64,000 nt of DNA, taken from contig CM007991.1 of NCBI GenBank assembly GCA_002189035.1, positions 5,283,416-5,347,415 on the forward strand. Direction: 5' to 3'. Made by a program: the position numbers and the translations under genes. This DNA comes from Utricularia gibba (taxonomy: Eukaryota; Plantae; Magnoliophyta). Below, one piece after another: positions 12,975 through 24,600 of this stretch. The notes under the pieces were generated by a model, which did no database searches, was not told the origin of the DNA, and saw nothing but the letters and a program-made list of their open reading frames with translations. How positions within the stretch are numbered: the first letter of the stretch is position 1; every line of letters starts with the position of its first letter.

Positions 12975-15900
12975 ATGCTCTCAAGAAGTTTCAATCCTGC
13001 CAAATGGTACATCGTACTCAATTTGCGGCCCATACTCGTTTTCCCTCTTGCATGCTTCCCTCAATTCATTATTCATTCTACTTCTTTTTTAGATTATTTA
13101 TTCTCTGCCGATGTGCGGATTTCTAATCGGATGATGGATTGCGTAATGCAGCAAGACAGCGTTGAAATTGGGGGCCTCAAGATTAAAGTTATTGAGAAAT
13201 AAGAAAGAGATCCATGTGAAGCAAATGAAGAAGGAAATAGCCGTGTTGCTCGAGTCTGGACAGGAGCAGACTGCTCGGATTCGGGTGAAAATCCAACTAG
13301 GGTTTTTTTTTTCTAACGCTTATTGAAATGGTTGTCGCAATATTTCTTTATTTGTTTTGGGAGCCATGATTTAATTCGAGGTTGACAAAATTATGTTGTC
13401 CGCTCGGATCATCGTTTTGGTTCCAGCCACTCATGAGTGCATTTCCTGATGCTGTTCATACACACCTCCAGGTTGAGCATGTAATAAGAGAAGAGAAGAT
13501 GATGGCTGCATATGATCTTCTGGGCATATACTGTGAGCTTATTGTTGCTCGCATGCCAATGATTGAGACGCAGAAGTAAGTGTTATGGATATTTAGACCG
13601 CCGAGAAATGTATATCTTGTTGAGAATGGATGCGTTCCTTGTATTTATTATAATTTCTGGCGGTCTCTTTTTCATGGCAATGGGAAAATGAACTCTTTTT
13701 ATTGCACTCATATGTTTTCGAGTTGCACAATTTCAAAACCTTGTTCCAAGAGATCCCTATTTCAGGAGTTGCCCCATTGACCTGAAGGAAGCAGTTACAA
13801 GCGTTTTATTTGCATCTCCAAGATGTGGAGACGTACCCGAGCTTCTGGATGTGAAAAAGAATCTCATGGCAAAGTATGGTAGAGATTTTACTACAGCCGC
13901 AGTTGAACTCCGTCCTCAGTGTGGGGTTAGTCGCTTGGTATGTTCCTCCTGTATATGTTTGTTTCATTCATTTCCACCACCATCTTAAGTGTTTCCGGGT
14001 CAATTAGCATTTTCCTTCTTCTATTATGCCATCATTTTGTAGTTGGTGGAGAAGCTCTCCGCTGCATCTCCTGATGGGCAGACCAAAATCAAAATTCTGG
14101 AAAAGATTGCAGGGGAGCATAATGTTGCATGGACTTCCATGTCACTTGATGAGAAAGATGTTGGGCCTCATATGGACTTTCAGGTACGGTTTTAGTTTAC
14201 TGCATCTTTAGAATGAAGTCTACCGTAAAGCATGCGAGGGGTCTAATAAGATCCCCTGTGGTCCTCTTGCCAATGTGTCATGTTGATCTCCGTGATAGAT
14301 TGGGCCTTGTGCACCAAGAAGTGGTACACATGGAAGGGATTGTATTTCAGATGCTGAACCTCTTCGATTTGAAACTACTGAGGTTAAACCTCACATGGAC
14401 AACGTAACTATGCGTAGCTCTCTGTCCAACTCATTGGAGGACGTTCAAGGACACTCTGCGGGTACTAAAAAACTTACATCTGCCTCGACATCTTCTGTAA
14501 GCATGTCAACTGAATCTAGAGCCAGGTCGTCAGGTAATGTCTTGAAAACTAAATGGGAATAAGTGACATTATGCCCTTTTTTCTAAAGCTGTCATGTCTC
14601 TCTTGTTCTAGCCGATGACACAGGCCAATCATTTCAAGCGGACATTGATAATAATTACCTAGATAGGCAGAAATGGAACTCAGAATTCAAGGATGCTGCC
14701 TCTCCAGTACGGGCAGCTTTTGAGTCTGCTGGACGAGCAAGTGCGGCTGATAGAGCCGTGGCTGAATTTTCAATCCGTGACGTAGGGGATAACTGCTATA
14801 AACCTGATGAGTCAAATGTTCGTATTCCCGAGCATGAAGTTCCTCCTACATACCGCAATAGGAAAACCTCATGGGAAGAGTTCACTCGGTTTGAGAATGA
14901 GAACAGATTACCCCTGAAAATGCTGGGCGATCGAGTAAGAAAATAGACGATGTTAAACCTACTGATTCTAAGAGACAAGAAACCTTTGAGAATGTTACTG
15001 CTGGTGTCCCGGAAACTAGTAGCTCCATCTTTCCTAAACGCGAAGTCGCAAGTTTTAGTAATTTTGTTGATCCAGGTATCCCACTACAGCAGGATTTTCC
15101 ATTTGACCCGGTAGGGGAGGTTCCACTAACAGACGAACCTGATGAATTCCTCATGGATGGTAGTAGGAAGGAAAGCTCTTCTGATTATGACAACTTTTTT
15201 GCGATCTCAGAGGACCAAAGGGATGAAAAAGATGGTGATAGAGATCATTTCCAGCGCATTGGTGATGGTGGCATTAATAACGAGGGCCCAAAGATAAGCT
15301 CTGATGAATTATCTGGCATAATTTTTGACAGTTTTGAATCAGACAAGGACGATGGCTTTACAGGGAATCCTATCTACGATGTGGGGGATGATATGTTGGA
15401 GAGCTTACCATTCAACGTAGCTCCTTTCTCGTCCCCTGAATTTCCAGAGACAATGCCAAAATCCGGTTCAGAATTGGATGATATGGGACCAGCAACATTT
15501 GATGATTCTGATGGATTCTCTCCTGAACATGATGATAATATGAGAACCAGGCACCGTCGAGCTGAGGACGCTCGTAAGCTTTGTGAGCAAATTGGAGTTG
15601 GGCATTCATTATTTGATGAAAAGCATATGCAGCCTGCTTATGATGACTGGAAGTCTGAGGAAACGAACTTGCACAGAAATATAAAGTTCGACGATGAAGA
15701 GTCCAATATGAACTCCAAGGATTTCTGCAATAATGATAGCTCATTTAGTGAGAGCAGGTTAGATATTGAAAAACTTACAGGTGGTTTTCGTCAAAAGAAC
15801 AGCCTGGCTTCCTTGGCAAATCAATTGGGTGTTTCGTTGTCTTTTAAGAAAAAAGAAGATGCCATAATAGCCAAAAGATCTCACAACCCTCCAGCTGGTC

Positions 15901-16826
15901 TGCGCCAAAGGATGCACGTAATGCCAGATGGTAAATGGAACTCCCGAGAGTCCTCTGACATGGGTTTTGAGAGTTCTGATGAGGAAGAAAAGACTTCAAA
16001 ACAGGAAACGTCTTATGCTACTACGAAGGATTTGAATAGATCTAGGTTGGAAGCTTCAGATCCGAGCAGCAGTTTATTTGGAAGCAACCTTTATGAGGAC
16101 AGTACCAAGAGGATGGAAACTAGTTCTAGTTTGGGAGCTCAAGCCTCTATTCACGATTCAGACAGCAGCAATCTTCATGTGGATCCTTCCAAGAATTTGT
16201 CTATTAGAAGCCGTGTACAAGATGGTGTTATCTCTCGAAGAACAAAGGCTTCTTCTTCAACAGTTGTGGCAAACTCAGATAACAAGTCTCATCTTCCATC
16301 AGGTTCAGAACCAAGGGATTCTGATGACCTAGTTAAAGGAAATACTGCAGATGTCTATAGACAGAGGGCAAATTCAGCAGCGAGTTCCGATATTAATTCG
16401 AGGTCTAAAGGAGGTTATAAGCTTGAAACTGGAGGGGATATTGATGCTAGACGCAGAACAGAGTCACCAAGGTCCCATCAACCGAAGGGTAGAATTGGTA
16501 GCCAATCGGGCCCTTTTGACCAATCCATTGTGTCAAAATCGGAGACCTCGGATTCAGAAGTGTTGGTTTCTCCTAAGATCCCACTTGGAAAAGCATCTCC
16601 AAGGAAGCAAGATGCTATGTTTTCGCAGAAGTCAATTGCTGCTGGTATGCCTTCTAGTCCTGAGCGGAAGCCAGCGCCGTCTACAATCCGTGAGTCTCCC
16701 AAGACACCAACATCTGGCGATGTTTCTGGGGGAAAACCAGAGAGTATCAGAAAAACGAGTCATGTTCATCCAAAACTTCCCGACTATGACACATTGGTGC
16801 AATCACTCCGTAGGAGACAGAGTTGA
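12975..16826 (+). CDS. IST1-like protein (regulator of Vps4 activity, DUF292) with long low-complexity C-terminal region
   Basis: MLSRSFNPAKC|KTALKLGASRLKLLRNKK...QTARIR|VEHVIREEKMMAAYDLL...|SCPIDLKEAVTSVLFASPRCGDVPEL; internal WNSEFKDAA motif; C-terminal SHVHPKLPDYD. Exons: 12975-13006, 13152-13284, 13472-13575, 13766-13937, 14043-14183, 14299-14533, 14612-16826. The last needs either a 1-nt correction near 14911-14920 or an intron at 14935-15089. Confidence 0.88.
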
Positions 16827-17588
16827 TGTTGAAGCCCCAGTGTTCTGGCGCACCGGTTACCTGAAGACTGAATTTCATGCGAATTCGTGCACATAGTTGT
16901 AAAAATACTCCTCTTTTGAGTATGCATCAGACGTGTTACTACCTTTACTACAGGTGTAGCGTCTCCAGCAGGTGTATTCTTTCGTCCTGGATATTCTTGT
17001 TTGAGCTACTGCATCCCTGCAACCTGGATGTTTGAGGCACTGCAACTTGTTGAGATATTTGGCACAGGGTTGTTTCAGTATCTTTGCACCCTTTCCTTCT
17101 TTTTTTCTAATCTATGGATTATTTTTCTCTCTTGTTCATTTTGGGACTTGGGTGCACGCTTTTTGATCTGCTTGAGCATGTCTAATGCTTTTACATGAAA
17201 AACGCATGCAAAACTAATCTTTGGGAAAGATCAGAGAAACGAATCTATTCTATTCCGGAAGTAGCAGGCTAAACGGAAGTGGGGTTGTTTAGAAACATAC
17301 TCACTATCTAAAATTGAGTTTACAAATCTATCTATTGCATGTATGTGAAAAAATTATGAATTTTTGTTTTTTTTTTTTAAATTTTTTAATTTACAATAAA
17401 TAAAATTCTTGTATTTTAATTCTTTATCAATATAAAAATAATAATTTACGATATTTAACAAAATTATCTTTATAAAATATGTATGTAAATAAATAGAATA
17501 GATATATCATTTGAAAACGAGCTGATTTTTTTTATCAAACTGAATATCTATTATTTTTTAAAAAAATTATATTATTCACTTGATCTTT

Positions 17589-18732
17589 TGATGTTGATTC
17601 TGCAAATGCACAGAAACCGTCGAAGTAATAAAATAAGATCGTATTCACAGTGAATTGTTATTGGAATTTTCTTTTCAAATAAATACTCAAAAAGATTGAA
17701 AACAGAGAAAAAATTGGGTTTAAAAACAACAAGAAAAGTGACATTGAATCTAAGATCCACCTTGCTTAAAACTCGCTCTTGTGTGTGTACAAACCTTGAA
17801 AACTGACCTGCTTCCACAAACTTTAGTGGTGTTATTTTAAAATAGTGCTACTTGATGATCGTTATAACATCGTCCCTTGTTTTGTGGGATTATGGAATTA
17901 ACCATGCCACCAGAGCCATTTCACCTCTTGTGATAATCCATGTTTTCCCCACACCCAAATCTAACTCCTACACCTCACACCTCGCGGACAGATTAGACAG
18001 AATGTGTCTTACCAACGATGTCCGATTGAGCCCTTCTCCTTAGGTGCTTGAGGCCAACTTTTGATTTTCTCCCATTCCCTTCGGGTTATGTGATAATAAA
18101 GAGCACGTTGATAAAGAAAACGTTGCGAAAAACAGAATCAAACCTCAATTTAAATGTCGAAAAACATAGTAAAACAGTCACACGTGCAGGACTTGCGCAA
18201 GCAAGGCTTCACCGCAAATCCTCAGCCGCAAGCGCCTATACACGCAGACTCGACTCTAACATGAAAATACACATGAAAATAGGAAAAATACAAAGGAAAA
18301 GTGGTCAAAGTACATTTCTAATGATTGACAAGATGGGGTATTTATACAAGAGTAAATCCAAGTCTTCGTATTGAACTTATTCGATAGGTTTGGATAAGAT
18401 CTTCTATCCAAATCTTTTATTCAAATCTTTGAAGATCTTCTTCATATTTCTATCTTATCTATGAATCTTGGACCAAGTCTTCATCATTTGACCAAGTCTT
18501 AGGATTCGTGGCCCTTCAAGTCTATAATTAGATGGATCTTGATTTCTCCTCAAATTGATCCAAAAGTAACCTTAAAATCCACAAAATACACTTTCTCTCC
18601 AAAAAAATCAAAGTAGTATGAAATATACAAAATCAATTGAAAATAATAAGAAAGTGAAATCTAAGATAAGTAAAAACAATATTCAAGAGTAATGAAAAAA
18701 CATATTTTAGAATGACACAAAATCAATTATCA
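17589..18732 (-). mobile_element. Solo LTR (Gypsy-type) with perfect 5-bp TSD
   Basis: On the minus strand it starts TGATAATTGATTTTG and ends ...AACATCA. It is flanked by TCTTT at both 17584-17588 and 18733-18737, and is homologous to 31411-32565. Confidence 0.88.
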
Positions 18733-20859
18733 TCTTTATATATTATTTGGATCGAGTGATATTTTTTATTTTAAAATTTATATTATGTTCTAGATTCTTA
18801 AATCTTATTTCGATTGAATGTATATTATATTTTAAATTTATATTATACATTATATAATCATTTGAAATATTTTTAATAGATTTTTTTATATTAAATTTAT
18901 ATTACATATAATTTATTTATATAACATAAAAATTTATAAAAACATATAATGTGCATCAAATTGGAATCAAATCTTTAAGCTCGAGGTTTAAGAAAAATGA
19001 AATAATACCAATTAAACTATAAACATAAATATTAAAATAATACATAAACGTCATTTAGAATGCATTGGTAAATTACTTTGATAGTAATTTTTATTTAATA
19101 AAATACCTTTATTTCATATTTAATTTGCAAATTACTTGTTTCAGATGACTTAATTTGTAAATTATCCTACTTTTCAAATTTATTATTATTATATTATACA
19201 TATGATTTAAAAATTATTTTTTAACATAATAAGATTTTATGTTTCAAAGAATTTTCAATAACAAATAAATTCAATATTACATTATTAATAATATTCTACT
19301 CAATATATTTATTATTTATGAAACATATAAAATTTATATTTTTTAAAAAATTCGAAATAACAAAATTTAAAAAATTATTTATACTCACAATATGATAATG
19401 TGACTTCGAGTATTTTTGTAAAATTAACAAATAAAACCTAAATAATTATATATAACATATTCCAAAAAAATTATTCTTTTTACTTAATTCATAAGTTTTA
19501 TTACTCCACCACTAAAATGATTATTATTAATTATGATTAAAAATATACATCATATTTTAAAATATTCAAAATCATTAATATTATTTCTAATTTATAATTT
19601 TTATATAAAAATTATATTTTAATGAAGATAAGTATGGATGTTCATAAAGAAAAAATGAATGATTAAAAAATTAAATATTTTGAAATAATATGATAAATTA
19701 AAAATATTATCAATTTCAATATACCATGTGATTTCAATTATTTTCTAAAATTATTTTTAAATATGAGTGACCTCTTTTTTACTTCAATTTTGAATAAAAA
19801 AATAGATAATTTGATAGTGTTGAAATAAATTGCTCAAGATATTACTTTACTCATTAACAATATTTGGAAAATCCAAACAGTGAAAACACACGAATCAATG
19901 TTTAAAAATATATGTTAAAAACAAAATGAAACGAAAAATTATTTCCAAGCATTACTTTGCATGCTAGCAATGCTTGGAATTTCCAGATATTTTTAGTGAG
20001 TTAAATAATGTCTTCAATAATTTACTTTTTCTTTTATTTTTTACATAATTATGATAATAATTATTTTAGATATATATTATTATTATGTGATTATAATTTA
20101 GTATATATAGATATTTATATAATATAATTATATAATATATATTATTAAAACAAAAACAATCATACGATCAAATTTATAACCATATAATTTTTTTATTTTT
20201 AAATTTATAGTGTAAAATTAGTTTTAGAAAAATGAAAATATCTACAATTTTATCTATAAAAGATTGATACGTTCAATTTATTGCAACAAACATCACAATC
20301 ATATTTCTGATGTCAAACTTTCCGGGCTCGAATAGCAACCCTTATGAATTCAATCCACAAAATTCTATGTACGGGTATAATCTATAAAATACTTTGTTCG
20401 AATTCAATCCACAATATTTAGAATATGAGGGAGGCTTATCTTATCAAGGTAATTTTTTTTAGCTAAATGAAAATACATAATTAATATGACTTGAGTAAAA
20501 AATACAGAATCATAAATGATAGATGTTCAAAACAATAATTGGTTTGACATAGAGGAAAAGCATTCAACGCACATTTATAAATTTTCATGATTTGACGACC
20601 ACTTAACAAGTATTGATTACAATGAAATGAGAAATTATCAAACTAAAAAAGAAGAAATTAGAGTAAAATCAAATTCAGATTCGGATAAATAATAATAATT
20701 TTATTTTTTGATTTTTGAAATATAACAATAAACTTTTTTTTCCACATGATTCGAATGCCGATACATTTGCAAACGTTGATTCAGATTACGATCTTAATGC
20801 TAGTAATTAAGAGGAATGAGATCTAGATTACGATCTAGATTTGAATGAAAATAAAAAGA

Positions 20860-21100
20860 ATGGGGATCATTTTTTATAATAAGGAAGTATTTCGTAGCAC
20901 AGTGTTAAAGTATTCGATCAAAATTAGTAAAAAGTTCTATGTTAATGATTCAAAGTCTAATTTTTTTGATTCGTATTACAAATAGTATTAAAAACAAGGA
21001 TGCAGATGGAGTATTCGTGATGCCTATTATAAGAGACATGGTTAATGAAAAAATAATGTAATAGAATTGTCTCACACCTATAGTTGGAATGATTCAAGAT
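20860..21100 (+). pseudogene. Decayed MuDR transposase N-terminal (DNA-binding) fragment
   Basis: With stops and a frameshift it reads GDHF.NKEVFRSTVLKYSIKISKKFYVNDSK...KQGCRWSIRDAYYKR...SHTY, resembling the MuDR pattern F.SKEEL..AV..YSIK / C.WRIRAS / HTC. Confidence 0.55.
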
Positions 21101-21610
21101 ATTTTAATTATCAAAATATTGAAGTTAGGTATATCACCAATATAGCGAGATTGTTCGTGAAAAGAAATATTGACATTAAAGTAAGTACGATTGTAATTAC
21201 AATCAACGAGGCAGCGAAATTAACAATTCTATTTCATAAAGTTCGATATAGTTTCAAATGGGTTTTCATTGATTTGTTCGATAATTAGATAACAATTATC
21301 TAATTATTTTAGTGTTAACAATTCTGAATTGTTCTATCATAAGTTTGTTAAATATTAGATAATTAGATAATTAGATATATATATTTTGTAAACATAAGTT
21401 TGTTAAATATTATAAATCATTATTTTTATATTGATAAAAAATTAAAATACAGCAATTTTATTTATTAAAATTAACAAAAATTTAAAAAAAAAAACAAATA
21501 TGAATAGTTTTTTCACACACCAACATGCATTGAGTATATTTGTAAACTCAATTTTTGACAACGCCTATATTTGTAATAAACTCAAGGAAAGTGTCACTGT
21601 TCTGAACAGT

Positions 21611-24600
21611 TCAGCAGCATATCTTGAGATAACCATCTTCTGTTCCGACAAGAAACAGGTGAGAAAATGGCAGGATGTTGACGGCCGACAGAAGAGAAGT
21701 GTTCTTTGATTCGCCATCTGCTGTATAAAGATGCTGCAGGGAGACATGGCGCTGCCCTTCCTGAGTCATCTCAATTGATTGAACATAAAATGTATTCAAA
21801 TCACACTCAAAGAAACATAGAGGGATGGATAGATTGGAGATCTTACTTGATCAGTTAGCCCATGCAAAGACGAAAGGCTAATTTTGTTCCTACACACAGA
21901 CATGATATTGTCACCCCGCACTGAGAAACAACGAACTCCATCAGCGTATCCTCTGAAAACTGTGTTTTCCGACGTCCAGTTCCTAGGAAGCAAGGAAAAA
22001 ATTGACTTGATGAAGTAATTCTGAAGCCCGAGCATATTTGCAGGTTTCCGGGCGAGGAAGCAAGGAAACGCCCGTCCAGGCAAGGCCTTTCGTGACTGGC
22101 CATAGCACATGCTGTGTAAGTTAACAATGAAGTTGATAGAATACCTTCTCAGATCCCATACTCGCAATGTCTTATCAAGAGAGCTTGAAATCAGTTGGTA
22201 TGAAGCTGCAGCCAACTGCAATTTGAAAAAGAAAAAGAAATGCCTTCACATCTGTTCCTCTAATTTCTTCAGATGATGTACCTCCATTACCTTCGTTACG
22301 TATCCATCATGAGCTTTCCAGGAAGCTATTATTTTCCCACTTTTCATGTCAAACAGCTTGCAGTGCCCGCTGCTGTATCCCACCGCTATCAAGTACGAAG
22401 GAAAGTTTTGCTCATTGACCATCTTGAGAGAGCTAGATGAGCAAACAGATGATATTAAGGGTGCGAAGCCGGATTCAAGCAAATCACTTCTCCAAAGGTG
22501 CAATTTCTGCCCTTGATTGACGTCAATGAACCTGCAGGTAAAATTGATGATTTCAAGACATGCCATATGGATAGAAATTTCGCTCCAAAAATCATATTCA
22601 TACAACTTAATTACCTGAGAGATCCATTTCCAGTACCCACGACAAGCCTGCTATTGAATTCCATGTAGTCCATGGTTGTAAATGAGTTTCCATGAAAAGA
22701 TGCATTGAGGATTCCACTGGATAACTGATTTATATCGAGCAGATTCTCATCACTGTCCAGAAACCTTCTGAAGGGTATAGGACTCTCTGAGAATGCGGAG
22801 ATCAGTCTTCCATTTTGTTCGTTCCATATATGTAACGTCCCATCACAGGAAGCTACTCTTCCAGACGACCCCAAAATGCATATGTCATTTACAACCTAAC
22901 AAGATAAACCAGTCAAGCATTAGGTGCAACAGGTAAACATTGAGATCCTGTAAAAGGGCATATGGCCAGAAAAGCAGGCAGTAATGTTTAACCTCATCAT
23001 GGCCATTATAACTGGATACACAAGCAACTCTCGCCAATGCAAGTTTTTGAATGCTTCCCTTGAATCCTGGTCCAGCACCAGCCGTAAATATAGTACACTC
23101 ATCTTCACACACAGCAATGGATCTTAAAGCACGATGATGAGTGCGAATAGAATGCACAATTGATGCCCTTATCTTCCATGGAAGCTCATTTTTTGGAGTA
23201 CCAGTTTGACCGATGATGTCGAGCCAATTCCAACAAGCATCTGCACGGGGGAACCAATACCAAGGTTCTTGCGTTTCTGATTTCTCATTTGCCCCATGGA
23301 ACTCCATGGGATTTGGATGCTGCCCTATCATATTTTTGTTCAATAGAATACTCGTGGAAATCTTTTGCTCCTTCAATTGTGGACTAGATTGAAGAATGTT
23401 AGCAGGTGCATCTTCAGACGTTGACCTTTTCAAGTGAGATTGTCGTCTACGATTTTCACTCACAGGACCACTTTTGTTTGAAACATCTGCATATTCCCAC
23501 TGCACAATACGAATACATGTAACTGAAGTCTCCATTCAAAATTTGCCATGCAGCTGTATTAAAATGAAAAACACATTTATCATCTCAATGTTGCAAAGAA
23601 TATGATGAACTATGGTACCCATGGAGTAAGTTTTCATATATTCCATCAAAATAAAACATCTAAATAATACCTTCCAGTTATGATGCCTTAAAAGAAATTG
23701 CTCGAGAAGCAACCATGTAGCACAGCACTGACGAAGTCTTTCTATTCCCAATAGAGAAGCCAATTCAGGATATAAGATTAACCTGCAAAGACTTGATGTC
23801 TGGAATGCCACATTCCGAAAACAGGTTATAAGAACAAAAGAGAGTCAGGGATGGACTCACACTAAATCCATGTGACTTTCAGAATGAAACTCCTCATGAA
23901 CTTTAGGTTGATCTATCATCAAACCCTCGACAAAAGCCTCACAACTCATGCCATCTTTTTTAGTAAAAGCTATTTCGTGGAAAAATTCCTGTAGTTTTGG
24001 GAGAACATGCAATAAGGTTGAACTGGAGCCAATCTGATGGCAAACTGTAAGAAGACTCCTTGCAGCATCCTGTTGGAAAGGGAATTTCAGGGAAAAAAGC
24101 ATCATTCAGAAATGCAGAAAAAATACTTGGGATCTAAGTGTAACTGATCCATTCTCTGAAATAATCTTTTTGAATGCATGCTCACCATGATAAGCAAAAC
24201 AAAATTACCTGAAGGACAGATCCTTCCAAATCTTTGTTCATCAGCACGATGATATATGGACACCTTTCACCCTATGAACGCAGAAATGACATTTCCGTAA
24301 CAGCATAATCTCAACACATTAGGAAGGAAAAACACGAGGCATACCTCAATAAGTTCCTTAATGATTGTTCCAGATGCCAATACAGGGCAGAGACCATCTA
24401 ATATTCTCAGACAATCTTTCAAAGCCAAAGTACTCCAACTGTATGCAGATTCATGCTTATGGAAATGCGAAGTATGAAGACAAGAGCTAATTATGTTATT
24501 AATTAATGGTAAAATTTGTCTAACAACAAATTGTTCTCCAAAAAGTCCACCTGCAAATACATAGAACATAATCGAGAGATTTATCAACATGCCCACTAAA

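Larger units (their letters stand above)
17281..21583. mobile_element. Non-autonomous Mutator-like element (MULE) with ~200-bp TIRs, carrying a solo-LTR insertion
   Basis: 17281-~17485 matches the reverse complement of ~21385-21583 (e.g. AAAATTGAGTTTACAAAT, TGTATTTTAATT, TTTATCAATATAAAAATAAT, ATATTTAACAAA). The 9-bp flanks AACGGAAGT (17272-17280) and AAGGAAAGT (21584-21592) match 7/9. An internal MuDR-like remnant is present. Confidence 0.8.

Noticed and set aside
15412-16896. Overlapping alternative-frame and antisense ORFs within the IST1-like last exon (and likewise within GFS12 and ACLB)
   Set aside because: Shadow ORFs of real coding exons, with no independent motif.
19943-19979. 11-bp perfect stem TTCCAAGCATT...AATGCTTGGAA as a Helitron 3' hairpin or terminator
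   Set aside because: No CTRR end follows at the expected distance, and it lies inside the MULE interior.
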